Positions 29,159-39,623 of a stretch of 64,000 bases of DNA are shown in pieces (position 1 is the stretch's first letter; each line of letters opens with the position of its first letter). This DNA comes from Candidatus Brocadiia bacterium. Its GTDB lineage: Bacteria > Planctomycetota > Brocadiia > SM23-32. Made by a program: the position numbers and the translations under genes. The notes beneath the pieces were generated by a model. It searched no databases and was not told the DNA's origin. It saw nothing but the letters and a program-made list of their open reading frames with translations. The stretch spans positions 1-64,000 of the forward strand of contig JBKHIT010000006.1 in NCBI GenBank assembly GCA_046538485.1, written 5' to 3'.

Positions 29159-32100
29159 TCACTCATCGATTCCTTCATCACTGTCCAGAATCCCCCCATC
29201 CTCGACAATTGTGTAAATAACCGGGATAACAACCAGCGAAAGTGTAGCCGCCGCAAAAAGCCCTCCAATCTGCACGACCCCGAGCGGACGAATAATCTCA
29301 CCGGCGAATCCCAAACCCAAAGATAACGGTATCATCGCCGCGATCGTCGTCATGTTCGCCATAACGATCAACCGGAAACGAACCTGACAAGCTTCTTTGA
29401 TCCTTCCCAGTACTGATTCCCCCTCACGCTCCTCCCCCGTTGCATAATCGAGAATAATAATGGCGTTATTCACCACCATCCCAACCAGCATTATCATTGC
29501 CATCAGCGAAAAAACGTTTAACGCCACGTCCCCGATCAGCAGAGCCAACGTCACACCAATCAACGAAATGGGAATCGCCAGAATTATAATAACTGCAAGT
29601 CCAAAAGATTCTATGATCCCAGCCACGCACAAAAATGTCAGCACTGCCGCCGTCCCCATTGCCTTGAAAAGTTCCGGGAAATTCTTGTTCATCAGCTCCA
29701 CTTCTCCACCGTAACTAATCTCCACATCCTCAGGTATGGCTATCTCATTTGCTATAGTATCCTGAACGTCTTTCTTCACAGCTTTCAATTTCCGCTCGCC
29801 CGTCAACTCCGCGCTCACCGTAATCATCCGCCGGCGATCCTTGCGAGTAATCACTGTGGGACCAGACTCGAATTCTATTTCGACAATTTGTGACAGCGGA
29901 ATCATTTCACCTGTTGCAAGGGATTTCACGAACATTTGCTCAACATCTTCAGCCCATTTCCGATACCTCTCGTCCAATTTCAAGCGCATATCATAATCTT
30001 CATCACGGTCGCGGAATTGCGAGACCTCGCGCCCCTCCACATATGTCCGCAATGCCATCGCGATTTGTGCCACCGTGAGTTGATATCTTCCAGCAACCCG
30101 ACGTCGTGGTATGAAACGAATTTCCGGTTGCCCTGTCCGATAAGACTGGTCTACATCGGAGGTTCCACCGATCCGAGCAACTATATCTTTTATGCGAGCT
30201 GTCAATTCTCGCAGTTCATCCAGATCATCACCCCGAATCTCGACCTGCAGCGGTCTTCCACCAGGCCCCGCTCCACCGGCCGCACTCACAGTCGTTTTCG
30301 CCGAATGTACTTCCGCAAGAACCGGACGCACACTGCTCAGTAGTTCACGCATCTGTTCCGGTCTTTCGGCCTTATCAATAACAGAAACACCCACCTCCGC
30401 CAGATTTGCCCCTTGAGAACTGCTGCCAAGAAAACCCGATATGTTTCCAATCCGCGAATAATGATGGCGGATATAACCTGCCGGCAAACTCTGTTCGATC
30501 TTTCGTTCCACTTCTTTAACTCGATCCGTGGTAAAATCCAGCGAACTCCCCGTTTTCGTCTCGACTAAAACTGAAAAGCGACCTTCATCAGAAGGCGGGA
30601 AAAATTCTCGTCCCACAATGAAATAAAGGACCAAAGAACCCGTCACGAATAAAAGAAACGTCAGCGCAATAGTCGTCTTACGCCATTGCAAACACCAATC
30701 GACCATCTCACCGTAACGGCGTCTGAACCAATCGAAACTCTTTGTCCAGAGCGTCTGCGGCAAGCCGAACAGCACCGCGAGACAGCCGAAGAGTCCCCCA
30801 TGATCAGGACCTTCCTCGGATTCGTTGCGGAGCAAGGCGGCGCACATCATCGGGGTTAACGTAAACGAAACAAACAAAGAAACGGTTGTCACAAACACAA
30901 TGGTAAGACCAAATTCACGAAAAAATCGTCCGATCAGTTCCCCCATAAATGCTATCGGAAGGAAAACAACGAGATTTGTTGCTGTCGAGCTGATAATAGC
31001 CAGCGAAATATCCTGTGTCCCCCTGACGGCCGCCTCCCCGGGTTCAAAACCCTGTTCCAGAAAACGGTGGGAGTTTTCCAAAACCAGAATGGCATTATTG
31101 ACCACTATACCCATCGAAAGAGCCAGTGCGGTCAGCGTCAGAATATTAATGCTGATCCCCGAAAAATTCAGAAACGTAAATGTTATAACGAGGGCTGCTG
31201 GCATCACAACAACTGCAATAATTGTGGCCCGCCCCGATCCAAGAAACAGAAAAAGCACAATGGAGGTCAGCAATATACCCAAAACTATATTTGTCCTTAC
31301 GTTCGACAGAGCCCCTCGCACATAATCGGCCGTGTCATCCACAAGCGTAAGACTCGCGCCTTCCGGGAAAACCTCCTGGAGGGTCTCCATCTCAGCCCGC
31401 ACACCTTCTGAAACAAGAACATCGTTTGCATCGCTTTGCTTCAGGATGCTCAAAATTACGGCGTTTTCCCCGTCGGATCGGGACCGCGTTCGTTCCTCTT
31501 CGTACGTATCTTCAACCCGAGCAATGTGGCGTAGTTCAAGCGTCCCGACAGCTGTTTTTCGCACCGGCACATGCCGAATCTCCTCCACGTTCTCAAATCG
31601 CCCAAGAGTTCGCACAGTATATTCGGTCCGCGGTTGTGTAATACGGCCAGCCGGCAACTCAAGGTTCGCCTTCCGGACGGCTATTGCCACTTCATCCGTC
31701 GAGACGCCATGTTTGCGCATTTTAGCCGGATCAAGCAAAATGTGGATTTCCCGGCGGCGCCCCCCTGTAATCTCCACATCGGCCACGCCGGTCACCTGCG
31801 ATAATCGGTCAGCCGCAATTTCATCGGCGATTCTAAAAAGCTTTTCTGTATTCAGCGCCCCCTTAAGAGCAAGAGTCACAACCGGTGTTTGCGCTATGTC
31901 GAACTTTCCGACCACTGGATCTTCCGCATCTTCGGGAAGCAAACTTCTAATTTTCCCCACCTCATCATCGACGTCAGCCTTTTTTACATCAATGTCCGCC
32001 TCCAATTCGAACTGGATCATCACCAGCGATAATCCCTGTTGCGAATACGACCGGATCTCATCTACTCCTGAAATAGAACTGACGGCATCCTCAATACGCT

Positions 32101-32302
32101 TCGTTATCTCTGTTTCCACTTCCTGAGGGCTGCCGCCCGGGAAAACCGTCGTCACCGTCGCCATCGGAAAATCGACATCCGGAAATCGACGCACCTGTAT
32201 CGAAAAGTAAGAAAACCCCCCCAGAATGATGGCGATCAGGAGAACCACGGTGGTGAGAACGCGACGGCGGACCGCCACTTTGATGACATTCACCTCAGTC
32301 AT
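29159..32302 (-). CDS. RND efflux permease (AcrB/AcrD/AcrF family)
   Basis: FPDVDFP, two large periplasmic loops, GIVVNNAILVLEN, GMVVNNAIII. Confidence 0.95.
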   Translation of the reverse strand: MTEVNVIKVAVRRRVLTTVVLLIAIILGGFSYFSIQVRRFPDVDFPMATVTTVFPGGSPQEVETEITKRIEDAVSSISGVDEIRSYSQQGLSLVMIQFELEADIDVKKADVDDEVGKIRSLLPEDAEDPVVGKFDIAQTPVVTLALKGALNTEKLFRIADEIAADRLSQVTGVADVEITGGRRREIHILLDPAKMRKHGVSTDEVAIAVRKANLELPAGRITQPRTEYTVRTLGRFENVEEIRHVPVRKTAVGTLELRHIARVEDTYEEERTRSRSDGENAVILSILKQSDANDVLVSEGVRAEMETLQEVFPEGASLTLVDDTADYVRGALSNVRTNIVLGILLTSIVLFLFLGSGRATIIAVVVMPAALVITFTFLNFSGISINILTLTALALSMGIVVNNAILVLENSHRFLEQGFEPGEAAVRGTQDISLAIISSTATNLVVFLPIAFMGELIGRFFREFGLTIVFVTTVSLFVSFTLTPMMCAALLRNESEEGPDHGGLFGCLAVLFGLPQTLWTKSFDWFRRRYGEMVDWCLQWRKTTIALTFLLFVTGSLVLYFIVGREFFPPSDEGRFSVLVETKTGSSLDFTTDRVKEVERKIEQSLPAGYIRHHYSRIGNISGFLGSSSQGANLAEVGVSVIDKAERPEQMRELLSSVRPVLAEVHSAKTTVSAAGGAGPGGRPLQVEIRGDDLDELRELTARIKDIVARIGGTSDVDQSYRTGQPEIRFIPRRRVAGRYQLTVAQIAMALRTYVEGREVSQFRDRDEDYDMRLKLDERYRKWAEDVEQMFVKSLATGEMIPLSQIVEIEFESGPTVITRKDRRRMITVSAELTGERKLKAVKKDVQDTIANEIAIPEDVEISYGGEVELMNKNFPELFKAMGTAAVLTFLCVAGIIESFGLAVIIILAIPISLIGVTLALLIGDVALNVFSLMAMIMLVGMVVNNAIIILDYATGEEREGESVLGRIKEACQVRFRLIVMANMTTIAAMIPLSLGLGFAGEIIRPLGVVQIGGLFAAATLSLVVIPVIYTIVEDGGILDSDEGIDE

Positions 32303-33476
32303 CCCCCTGTTTATTCGGATCGTTGCGTTTAACAACCCGCGCTTTCATCCCATCTTTGAGATCATACCGGGGGGTAGACACAATGAGATCTTCTGGATCA
32401 AGCTCCGAGTCCCTTAACTCCGTGTAGCCCCCGCTACGCAACCCGGTGCGCACCCTGTGTATCTCCGCCCGCCAGAACTGCTTCTGCCCGGTCTCGCCAC
32501 CACCTATCTGTTCGACCGGACTGAGAAGAAACACATACTTTCGCGTCCCCTCGAATCGGAGGGTGCTCACCCGCACAGCAAGCGCATCGCGCCTGACCTC
32601 TCGTGGTATGCGAACCTCGACATACATTCCGGGTCGCATAATCCAAGCCCCATTCCGTCGGCTGTTCGTAACGGCTACAAATATATCAACAAACTGATTT
32701 CCCGAACGTGCATGGGCACCGATTCGTTTGACTTTACCTGACCGCCACTTTTTCTCTCCCACGATGCGAAACTCTATCCTTTCTTCTTGTCCAACGTACC
32801 GGAGACTTCTTTCAGGTACCCGGGCTTTAACTTCCAGCTCAGACAGGTCAACGAGCGACAGGAGCCGCGTCCCCGTTGCGGCAAATTCTCCTGGATTTAC
32901 AAACCGCTCCGACACTTTCACGGTCCCCTCTTTTCCGGACGCTATCTTTCCGGCCGGAGCCTTTACTTCCGCAAATGTCAGTCGCGATTTTGCCGCCCGG
33001 AGCGCTGCAGCGGCGTTTTCGGCCGCTGTCCGGCGGGCATCCAGCATGTCTTCGGGAACAACGCCTTTCTCAAACAACGCCTGGTACCGTTCGTAGTTCC
33101 TCTTCGCCTCGGCTGCGGCCGCCGAGCGGGCGGCAACCTCTGCTTTCAAATCATCATCCCGAAAGGCCACCAGCAATTGGCCTTCTCTAACCGCCTCCCC
33201 CGTGTCAATTCTCACATCAGTAACCGTCTCACTGATCTTCGAGCGCAACATGTAACGTTTACGTGCCGCCAGCTCACCGTCCACGTACACATAATCCGCC
33301 AGATCCATCCGGACTGGATGCTCCGCAGCGACGGCGATACCTTTTTCCCGCTCTACTTCTTCTTGAGTAACCGCCTCGAAACCCTTATCAGTTGCGCGTT
33401 GATACGCCAGTACGCCCAACAGACAAAAGATGGCCCCGAGGACCACAGCCCAGGTTGTACTTTTTCCTATCTTCAT
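32295..33476 (-). CDS. RND periplasmic adaptor (membrane fusion protein)
   Basis: N-terminal TM, biotinyl-like and alpha-hairpin segments, MRPGMYV; overlaps permease start. Confidence 0.92.
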   Translation of the reverse strand: MKIGKSTTWAVVLGAIFCLLGVLAYQRATDKGFEAVTQEEVEREKGIAVAAEHPVRMDLADYVYVDGELAARKRYMLRSKISETVTDVRIDTGEAVREGQLLVAFRDDDLKAEVAARSAAAAEAKRNYERYQALFEKGVVPEDMLDARRTAAENAAAALRAAKSRLTFAEVKAPAGKIASGKEGTVKVSERFVNPGEFAATGTRLLSLVDLSELEVKARVPERSLRYVGQEERIEFRIVGEKKWRSGKVKRIGAHARSGNQFVDIFVAVTNSRRNGAWIMRPGMYVEVRIPREVRRDALAVRVSTLRFEGTRKYVFLLSPVEQIGGGETGQKQFWRAEIHRVRTGLRSGGYTELRDSELDPEDLIVSTPRYDLKDGMKARVVKRNDPNKQGDD

Positions 33477-33780
33477 TTTGCGCGCTCTTTCCGATCAAGC
33501 TTATCCAAATTGAACTCTGGTTTCTTCCCTCTCCTGGAATCTGCTGCAATAGATAACTGCCGCAGCCTCGTTTTTGGCATTAATGTCGCGCGAAAATGCT
33601 GTGCCGCGTCGGATTCATCAACATCGGAATGTTCCGCCCAGATGCACATCGTAGGAAGCTTACCAGAGTCCGGTTGAAGGGACGCAAAGGGACGGCGCTT
33701 TGATGAACATCACTTAACTGTCGATGGTAGATCACCGTTCCGATCTTTGCAAGTAGCGAACGAAGGGGGGGCACGGTGTG

Positions 33781-34135
33781 CTAGCCCGCATATTTCATGA
33801 ATTCCGAAGTGATATTACTATAAAGAATGTCTGGATTTGGCCTTACTACGGATTTTGCCATGATAATTTGTACACACCCTGTACTGAGCGCTTTTTCAAA
33901 CAAACGGCAGGAATTCACCCTGTCGGGAGCCCCCTCAGCCGCCAGTTGGCGGTTCCGTTGGAGTGAGACTGTCAGACCGCGCGGACGGTGACAAAAAAAC
34001 CAGCCCCGGTCTTACTATGATGAAAGAGGCTTCTGCCTCTATGCTTTGTCAGGCTGCAGTTGGGGTATACGAATACACCCGCCTTTGCCCTCCGCGCATA
34101 TCCGGCGCTGAGGGGGCTTGAAATATGCGGGCGAG
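33781..34135. mobile_element. Putative MITE / internally deleted IS with 17-bp terminal inverted repeats
   Basis: CTAGCCCGCATATTTCA (33781-33797) vs TGAAATATGCGGGCGAG (34119-34135), 16/17 complementary; no transposase ORF inside. Confidence 0.6.
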
Positions 34136-34359
34136 CTATCTTAAAAGCGACAGGCAATATGCCGATCTTCCTCGCCAATCATCAATGCTCACAGACTTAT
34201 CGTTATGTCAACACCAAATAAAAATTACCAATTCGACAACAACACCTGGAAAATGGCCGTTCTGGTCAGGGATGGTTGGCTCAAATTCATCGCTCCGCTT
34301 GACACTTCGGTCAAACGACAGTTAGGGTGGAACTTTTCCCGGAAGGAAAAGTCTTCACT

Positions 34360-36129
34360 ATGAGCAGCAACAACGTTTTACCACACAAGACGCATGAATG
34401 CGATTTCTGTGTGATTGGCGGCGGAATGGCGGGACTTTGTGCCGCCCTCGCTGCGGCTCGCCACGGATCACAAACGATCCTTATGCATGACCGCCCGGTT
34501 CTCGGCGGTAATGCTTCCAGCGAAACAAAAGTCCACATCTGCGGCGCTGACCGCCACGGCGGTATTCCAAATATGCGTGAGACAGGGATCCTGGAAGAAA
34601 TCCGACTCGAGAATCTTCACCGGAACCCACACCGCAATTATTCCATATGGGACACAGTCCTTTACGAAAAGGCGCTTCAGGAACCGAATCTCCATGTGCT
34701 CTACAACTGCTCATGCCAGGAAGCGGAGATGAGTGGTCAACGCATTCAGAGCGTCACCGGCTGGCAACTTACAACTGAGACTCGACACACGGTTCATTCC
34801 CAAATCTACGCGGATTGTAGCGGAGATGGCATTCTTGCCCCACTTACGGGCGCCTGTTGGCGAATGGGACGCGAGGCCCGACACGAATTCGACGAGTCGA
34901 TCGCGCCGGAGGAAGCCGATAACTGCACGATGGGTATGACCTGCATGTTCTGCGCCCGCGAATACGACGAACCACAACCCTTCGATCCTCCCGAGTGGGC
35001 TTATACTTTCGAAAACTGTGATGAACTCCCCTACGGCGAAGACGGCCACAAAAAATGGGAATGTGGCTACTGGTGGGTTGAGCTCGGCGGGCAATCCCAT
35101 TCAATCTATGATACAGAAGAGCTGCGCGAGGAACTCCTCAAGATCTCCTACGGGGTCTGGGACCATATCAAAAATCACTGTTCCGTCAGTGCCAATAATT
35201 GGGCGCTTGACTGGCTTAATTTTCTGCCAGCGAAACGTGAAAGCCGTCGCTATATCGGTGACCATGTCTTGAACCAAAACGATGTCGAAGCCGGAGGCTC
35301 GTTTGAGGATATTGTGGCTTATGGCGGCTGGACAATGGACGACCACCATCCGACCGGCTTCTGGTCAGCAAAATCCGGAGAACCCGCAACAATTTTCCAC
35401 CCTGCTCCTTCGCCATATGGAATACCTTATCGCTCGCTGTATTCTAAAAATATTGACAATTTGATGTTCGCCGGCCGATGTGCCAGCTGCACACACGCCG
35501 CTATGAGCTCCACACGGGTCATGGGCACAGGGTCGGTTATGGGCCAGGCCGTTGGAACCGCAGCGGCAATGGCAGCTGAAAGAAATCTGATTCCTCGTGA
35601 GATGAGCGATCATATCGTGGAACTTCAGCAAAATCTCATCGATGAGGATTGTTATCTGCCGGGAATTGACGATCAGCTCTCAGAACCGACGCTGAGCGCA
35701 GACCTTTCCTCCTCAGCGGGAAATCCTGAAATGATTCGTGACGGAATCAATCGGCCTATCGAGGATAAAGAACACGCATTAATCGCTTCCGCGGGAGATA
35801 AAGTCACGCTCGAATGGAACGAAACCGTCCGCATTAGATCACTGCGTATGGTGGTTGATAGCGCCATGGAACGGCTGATATGTATGTGTCCCGGAGACGA
35901 TGATCGTCTCAAATTTACACCGGACGAAATGCCCAAGAATCTACGCCTGGAAGGCCGGAAAGATAGCCAGTGGATAGACCTCGCCGAAATCGAAGAAAAT
36001 CACCAGCGCCTGATCAATATTCCGATCGAAGAAAATCTGGACGGTGTCCGTCTCACTCTTGTCGACACGTGGGGAAGAGATCGAAGTCGAATACATAAGA
36101 TTGAAGCTTTAAGGGGAAAAAATGGCTGA
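34360..36129 (+). CDS. FAD-dependent oxidoreductase (FAD_oxidored family) with C-terminal extension
   Basis: VIGGGMAG, RPVLGGNASSE, DCSGDG, KRESRR, YGIPYRSL, STRVMGT. Confidence 0.9.
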   Translation: MSSNNVLPHKTHECDFCVIGGGMAGLCAALAAARHGSQTILMHDRPVLGGNASSETKVHICGADRHGGIPNMRETGILEEIRLENLHRNPHRNYSIWDTVLYEKALQEPNLHVLYNCSCQEAEMSGQRIQSVTGWQLTTETRHTVHSQIYADCSGDGILAPLTGACWRMGREARHEFDESIAPEEADNCTMGMTCMFCAREYDEPQPFDPPEWAYTFENCDELPYGEDGHKKWECGYWWVELGGQSHSIYDTEELREELLKISYGVWDHIKNHCSVSANNWALDWLNFLPAKRESRRYIGDHVLNQNDVEAGGSFEDIVAYGGWTMDDHHPTGFWSAKSGEPATIFHPAPSPYGIPYRSLYSKNIDNLMFAGRCASCTHAAMSSTRVMGTGSVMGQAVGTAAAMAAERNLIPREMSDHIVELQQNLIDEDCYLPGIDDQLSEPTLSADLSSSAGNPEMIRDGINRPIEDKEHALIASAGDKVTLEWNETVRIRSLRMVVDSAMERLICMCPGDDDRLKFTPDEMPKNLRLEGRKDSQWIDLAEIEENHQRLINIPIEENLDGVRLTLVDTWGRDRSRIHKIEALRGKNG

Positions 36130-37192
36130 AGAAACAGATGGGGAAGAACTTTTTGTCCCGGGACGGATCTGCCTTTTCGGGGAACACAGTGACTGGGCAG
36201 GTGGCTACCGGCGAATGAACTCGGATCTGGCAAAAGGCCATACGATAATTACGGGGACCAATCAGGGACTTTACGCTCGTGTGAAACCTCACGAGGATCG
36301 GTTTATTTATCATGCCGCTGTTGGAGATTCGAAGCGCCGGCATTATGAAGTAGATATGGAACCCTCGGCTCTGAAATCAGAAGCCGAAAACGGTGGTTTT
36401 TTCAGCTACGCCGCTGGCGTTGCTTACCAAATTGCAACGCATCATAAGGTCAAAGGGCTTGAAATCGACAATTATCGGACCACTCTTCCGCTCAAAAAAG
36501 GCCTGTCCTCAAGCGCCGCCGCCTGCGTGTTAGTCGCACGAGGGTTCGACAACATATATGATCTCAAGCTTACCACTCGCGGCGAGATGGAATACGCATA
36601 CAAAGGCGAAATCACCACTCCGTCGCGCTGCGGTCGGATGGATCAAGGGTGTGCGTACGGTTCCCGCCCTATCCACATGATATTTGATGGAGATCTGATC
36701 GATGTTCAAACCATCGCCGTCGGCAAAACCCTCTATTACGTCATCGTTGATCTTAAAGCTGGCAAAGATACAATCGAAATTCTCGGCCGGTTGAATGAAT
36801 GCTACCCTTTCCCGGCCGAAGACAAACATCGGGCTGTTCAGGAATACCTGGGGCCGATAAATGCAGAAACCGTTCGTAGAGCCATCACAGCACTCGAAAA
36901 AGGGAATACGGAACATCTGGGGGAGCTTATGCAGGAAGCCCAACAGAATTTTGATCAGTATCTCGCGCCCATGTGCCCTTCAGAGCTTGATGCCCCGGTC
37001 CTTCACAAAGTGCTCTCCTACGAGCCAATACAGCCGCATATTTATGGCGGGAAATGCGTCGGGTCTGGTGGCGACGGCACTGCTCAAATGGTGGCACGTA
37101 ATGAAAAATCGCAAAAACAGGTCGTCAAAATTCTCGAGAAAGAATTCGATGTAGCATGCCTGGAATTAACAGTCGATAAAACTGATCATTAA
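36122..37192 (+). CDS. GHMP-family sugar kinase
   Basis: PGRICLFGEHSDW, KKGLSSSAA, CGRMDQ, GSGGDG. Confidence 0.88.
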   Translation: MAEETDGEELFVPGRICLFGEHSDWAGGYRRMNSDLAKGHTIITGTNQGLYARVKPHEDRFIYHAAVGDSKRRHYEVDMEPSALKSEAENGGFFSYAAGVAYQIATHHKVKGLEIDNYRTTLPLKKGLSSSAAACVLVARGFDNIYDLKLTTRGEMEYAYKGEITTPSRCGRMDQGCAYGSRPIHMIFDGDLIDVQTIAVGKTLYYVIVDLKAGKDTIEILGRLNECYPFPAEDKHRAVQEYLGPINAETVRRAITALEKGNTEHLGELMQEAQQNFDQYLAPMCPSELDAPVLHKVLSYEPIQPHIYGGKCVGSGGDGTAQMVARNEKSQKQVVKILEKEFDVACLELTVDKTDH

Positions 37193-37338
37193 ATCGTGTA
37201 CGATTTCTGACCCGTTTCGTTCATTCGTCTTTATCCCCTTTAACCTGTCAAGAGAGGCATTTAAACCCTCCGACTTCCGGGATACAATCGCATGATATTT
37301 GCTGCCCGGCTGCCCGAAAGCCTGTCTCTCCTACCCCA

Positions 37339-37518
37339 TCAAAGCTCCACATAACGATACGCGGTGATACTTGCCAGCGCCAGAATTGCATAAGCTGTCG
37401 CCCGAAACCCCTCGTAGGCATTTTCCGAGGAAACGTTTAGCAAATGCGAAATTGCCAGGGCGGCGAACACCACCGCAAGAACGCCAAGAATGATCCGGCC
37501 AATAAGTCTCTTTTTCAT
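37339..37518 (-). CDS. 59-aa small membrane protein (not in ORF track)
   Basis: MKKRLIGRIILGVLAVVFAALAISHLLNVSSENAYEGFRATAYAILALASITAYRYVEL; RBS GAGGAG upstream; two hydrophobic helices. Confidence 0.7.
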   Translation of the reverse strand: MKKRLIGRIILGVLAVVFAALAISHLLNVSSENAYEGFRATAYAILALASITAYRYVEL

Positions 37519-37767
37519 CGCAAGCTCTCCTCGCCCTTCTCAACTCCCGCGCCAACACACTGGTGCTTCAGCTCTAACAGTGTAATGCCCCCGGCGCTTC
37601 GAGACAAGTGATACTGCTCCCTTCCGCATTTTTCTGAGAAATCTTGGGGCTTTTTGCGCCAGATAACACACTCCGTGACAAACTGCACCCTCAAACGACA
37701 GCCTTTACTTGATAAATATGGTTTGTATAATAAAATAAGTTTGCTTTGCTATAGACAAGGATACAGT

Positions 37768-38904
37768 ATGGAACGAGAAACTGATGCCGAAGCAAAACGA
37801 AGAGGACGTCTCCCCCGGAAACGAAGTGAACTTGTGCGGGAGATATGCCAGCGTATCGCCTGCGGAAACTTTCAGCCGGGATCGCGCTTGCCGACGCGCA
37901 CGGAGTTTGAGGACGAATTTGATCTCAGTTCCGTAACTGTTCAGAGAGCATTTGACTGCCTCAACGAGGCTGGCTTTGTTGATCCCCGCGGCTCCAATGG
38001 CACGTACGTGGCTGAAAGACCACCTCACTTGTTCAGTTTCGCTCTCGTCATGCCGGAACACCCCATTCGCGGGTGTCAGCCGAGTTTCTGGCAGGCCCTT
38101 GCCCGCGAAGCATCGAGTATAGACAACGAGGGGAGTTACAATCTCTCGGTCTTCTGGGATGTCCAAATTAACAAAAAAAGTGCGGATTACCAGCGACTGC
38201 AACAAGAAGTAAGCGAACACCGCCTGGGGGGTATCATTTTCGTCTCCCCCCCCTACTATGTCTCAGGCTCCCCCATCCTGGAAGAACCGATTCCTCACAC
38301 CGGCATCATGCAGGAACCAATCACCCCTGACACTCCCGTGGTTGCGCCCGATTACCGCAGTTTCATGGAACAAGCCCTCGAATACCTCCAGAGTCGGGGC
38401 CGTCGGACCATCGGCGTTGTAAGCGCCAGTCTCCCCGGAGCCAAAAGCCCGTTCGAACTGGAACAATGGCATCAGGCCATCGCCGGTAGAAATCTCACAA
38501 CATCCCCTCGCTGGACACAATTCGTCGACCCATGGTGTGAACAAGGCGTTCGCAACTGCGTGCATCTGCTTATGAGTCACCCCGAGGACCGCCCCGATGG
38601 CCTCATAATTGGGGACGACAATCTGCTGCCACATGCAACAGCGGGGCTCATAGCAGCGGGGATGCGAGTCCCGGCCCAGGTAAAAGTAGTGACTCATGCG
38701 AACTTCCCATGGCCCACAATGGCCGTTACACCCGTTGTTCGGTTGGGATTTGACGTGCGACAAATACTTCAATCCTGTATTGATAATATCGTGCAACAGA
38801 GACAGGGCAAAGAGGCGCCCGCAAAAACCCGTATCCCTGCTGTGTTCGAGCACGAGCTTAAAACAGATCCCGGCAGTAACGTAGAGATTACATCAAACAT
38901 CTAA
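37768..38904 (+). CDS. GntR-HTH + LacI-type sensor transcriptional regulator
   Basis: RLPTRTE...VTVQRAF...GTYVA w[13 protein letters not shown] periplasmic-binding-fold domain. Confidence 0.88.
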   Translation: MERETDAEAKRRGRLPRKRSELVREICQRIACGNFQPGSRLPTRTEFEDEFDLSSVTVQRAFDCLNEAGFVDPRGSNGTYVAERPPHLFSFALVMPEHPIRGCQPSFWQALAREASSIDNEGSYNLSVFWDVQINKKSADYQRLQQEVSEHRLGGIIFVSPPYYVSGSPILEEPIPHTGIMQEPITPDTPVVAPDYRSFMEQALEYLQSRGRRTIGVVSASLPGAKSPFELEQWHQAIAGRNLTTSPRWTQFVDPWCEQGVRNCVHLLMSHPEDRPDGLIIGDDNLLPHATAGLIAAGMRVPAQVKVVTHANFPWPTMAVTPVVRLGFDVRQILQSCIDNIVQQRQGKEAPAKTRIPAVFEHELKTDPGSNVEITSNI

Positions 38905-38939
38905 AAAATATCCCCCATTCAGATTCAAGGAGTTCAAAA

Positions 38940-39623
38940 ATGGAAAAAACGTTAGCGGGCTTTGTAAATCCCTTTTCAATGCACCTGCAGCGTCAAACAC
39001 GACGCTTCCCAGTCGCGGGATTCACATTGATTGAGCTCCTTGTTGTGATAGCTATCATTGCTATCCTGGCTGCTATGCTTATGCCCGCACTTGAACGGGC
39101 CCGAGAGGAAGCACATCGCACGGTCTGCCGTAGTAACCTGCACCAGATGCATCTTTGCGCGACATATTATGCCAACGATTACGATGGCGACGCGCCTTAC
39201 CAGTGGAGCGACACATGGGACCGCGGTATCTATACCGAGTGCTGCAATCATTGCAATTGGGGGAGTCCAAGCAAACCCACAGGTTGGAAAATATTTGGCG
39301 ACGAAGATTATATGAATGAAGAACTCTTTGAATGCCCCAGTTTCGGTACGCCACCTCGTCTTAACTCCAGCAGTACTGAAGGTATACATTATTCGTATCG
39401 CTACAATAGCCGGCGCGCTATGGGCTATCTTGACTCTACAATCGCTCCTCACGCTCAGTATTGGCTCAGTATCCGTGGTAGTGGATCAGCCTGCTCATGC
39501 TGCGCCCGCAGCAATCCCGCCATCATTTCGTCCCTCAGTTTCCGATATGCAGGCAAAGCCCACAGATCGCGAATCTCCTCCGGGTCCTCATTCAGATCAA
39601 AGAGATGGCCCACCTCATCCTGA
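38940..39623 (+). pseudogene. Prepilin-type (DUF1559-like) gene, 3'-truncated at about 39454
   Basis: [43 protein letters not shown]; then runs 169 bp antisense into the sulfatase 3' end without the C-terminal H-x9-DG region. Confidence 0.7.

Noticed and set aside
33473..33649. 58-aa minus-strand ORF overlapping the RND adaptor start (ATGA)
   Set aside because: No RBS and no similarity to TetR or TolC that I can recognise; unsupported.
33679..33689. GGGACGCAAAG resembling a c-di-GMP-I riboswitch core
   Set aside because: No upstream GGCAAAC/GNRA P2 stem and no matching P3 stem.
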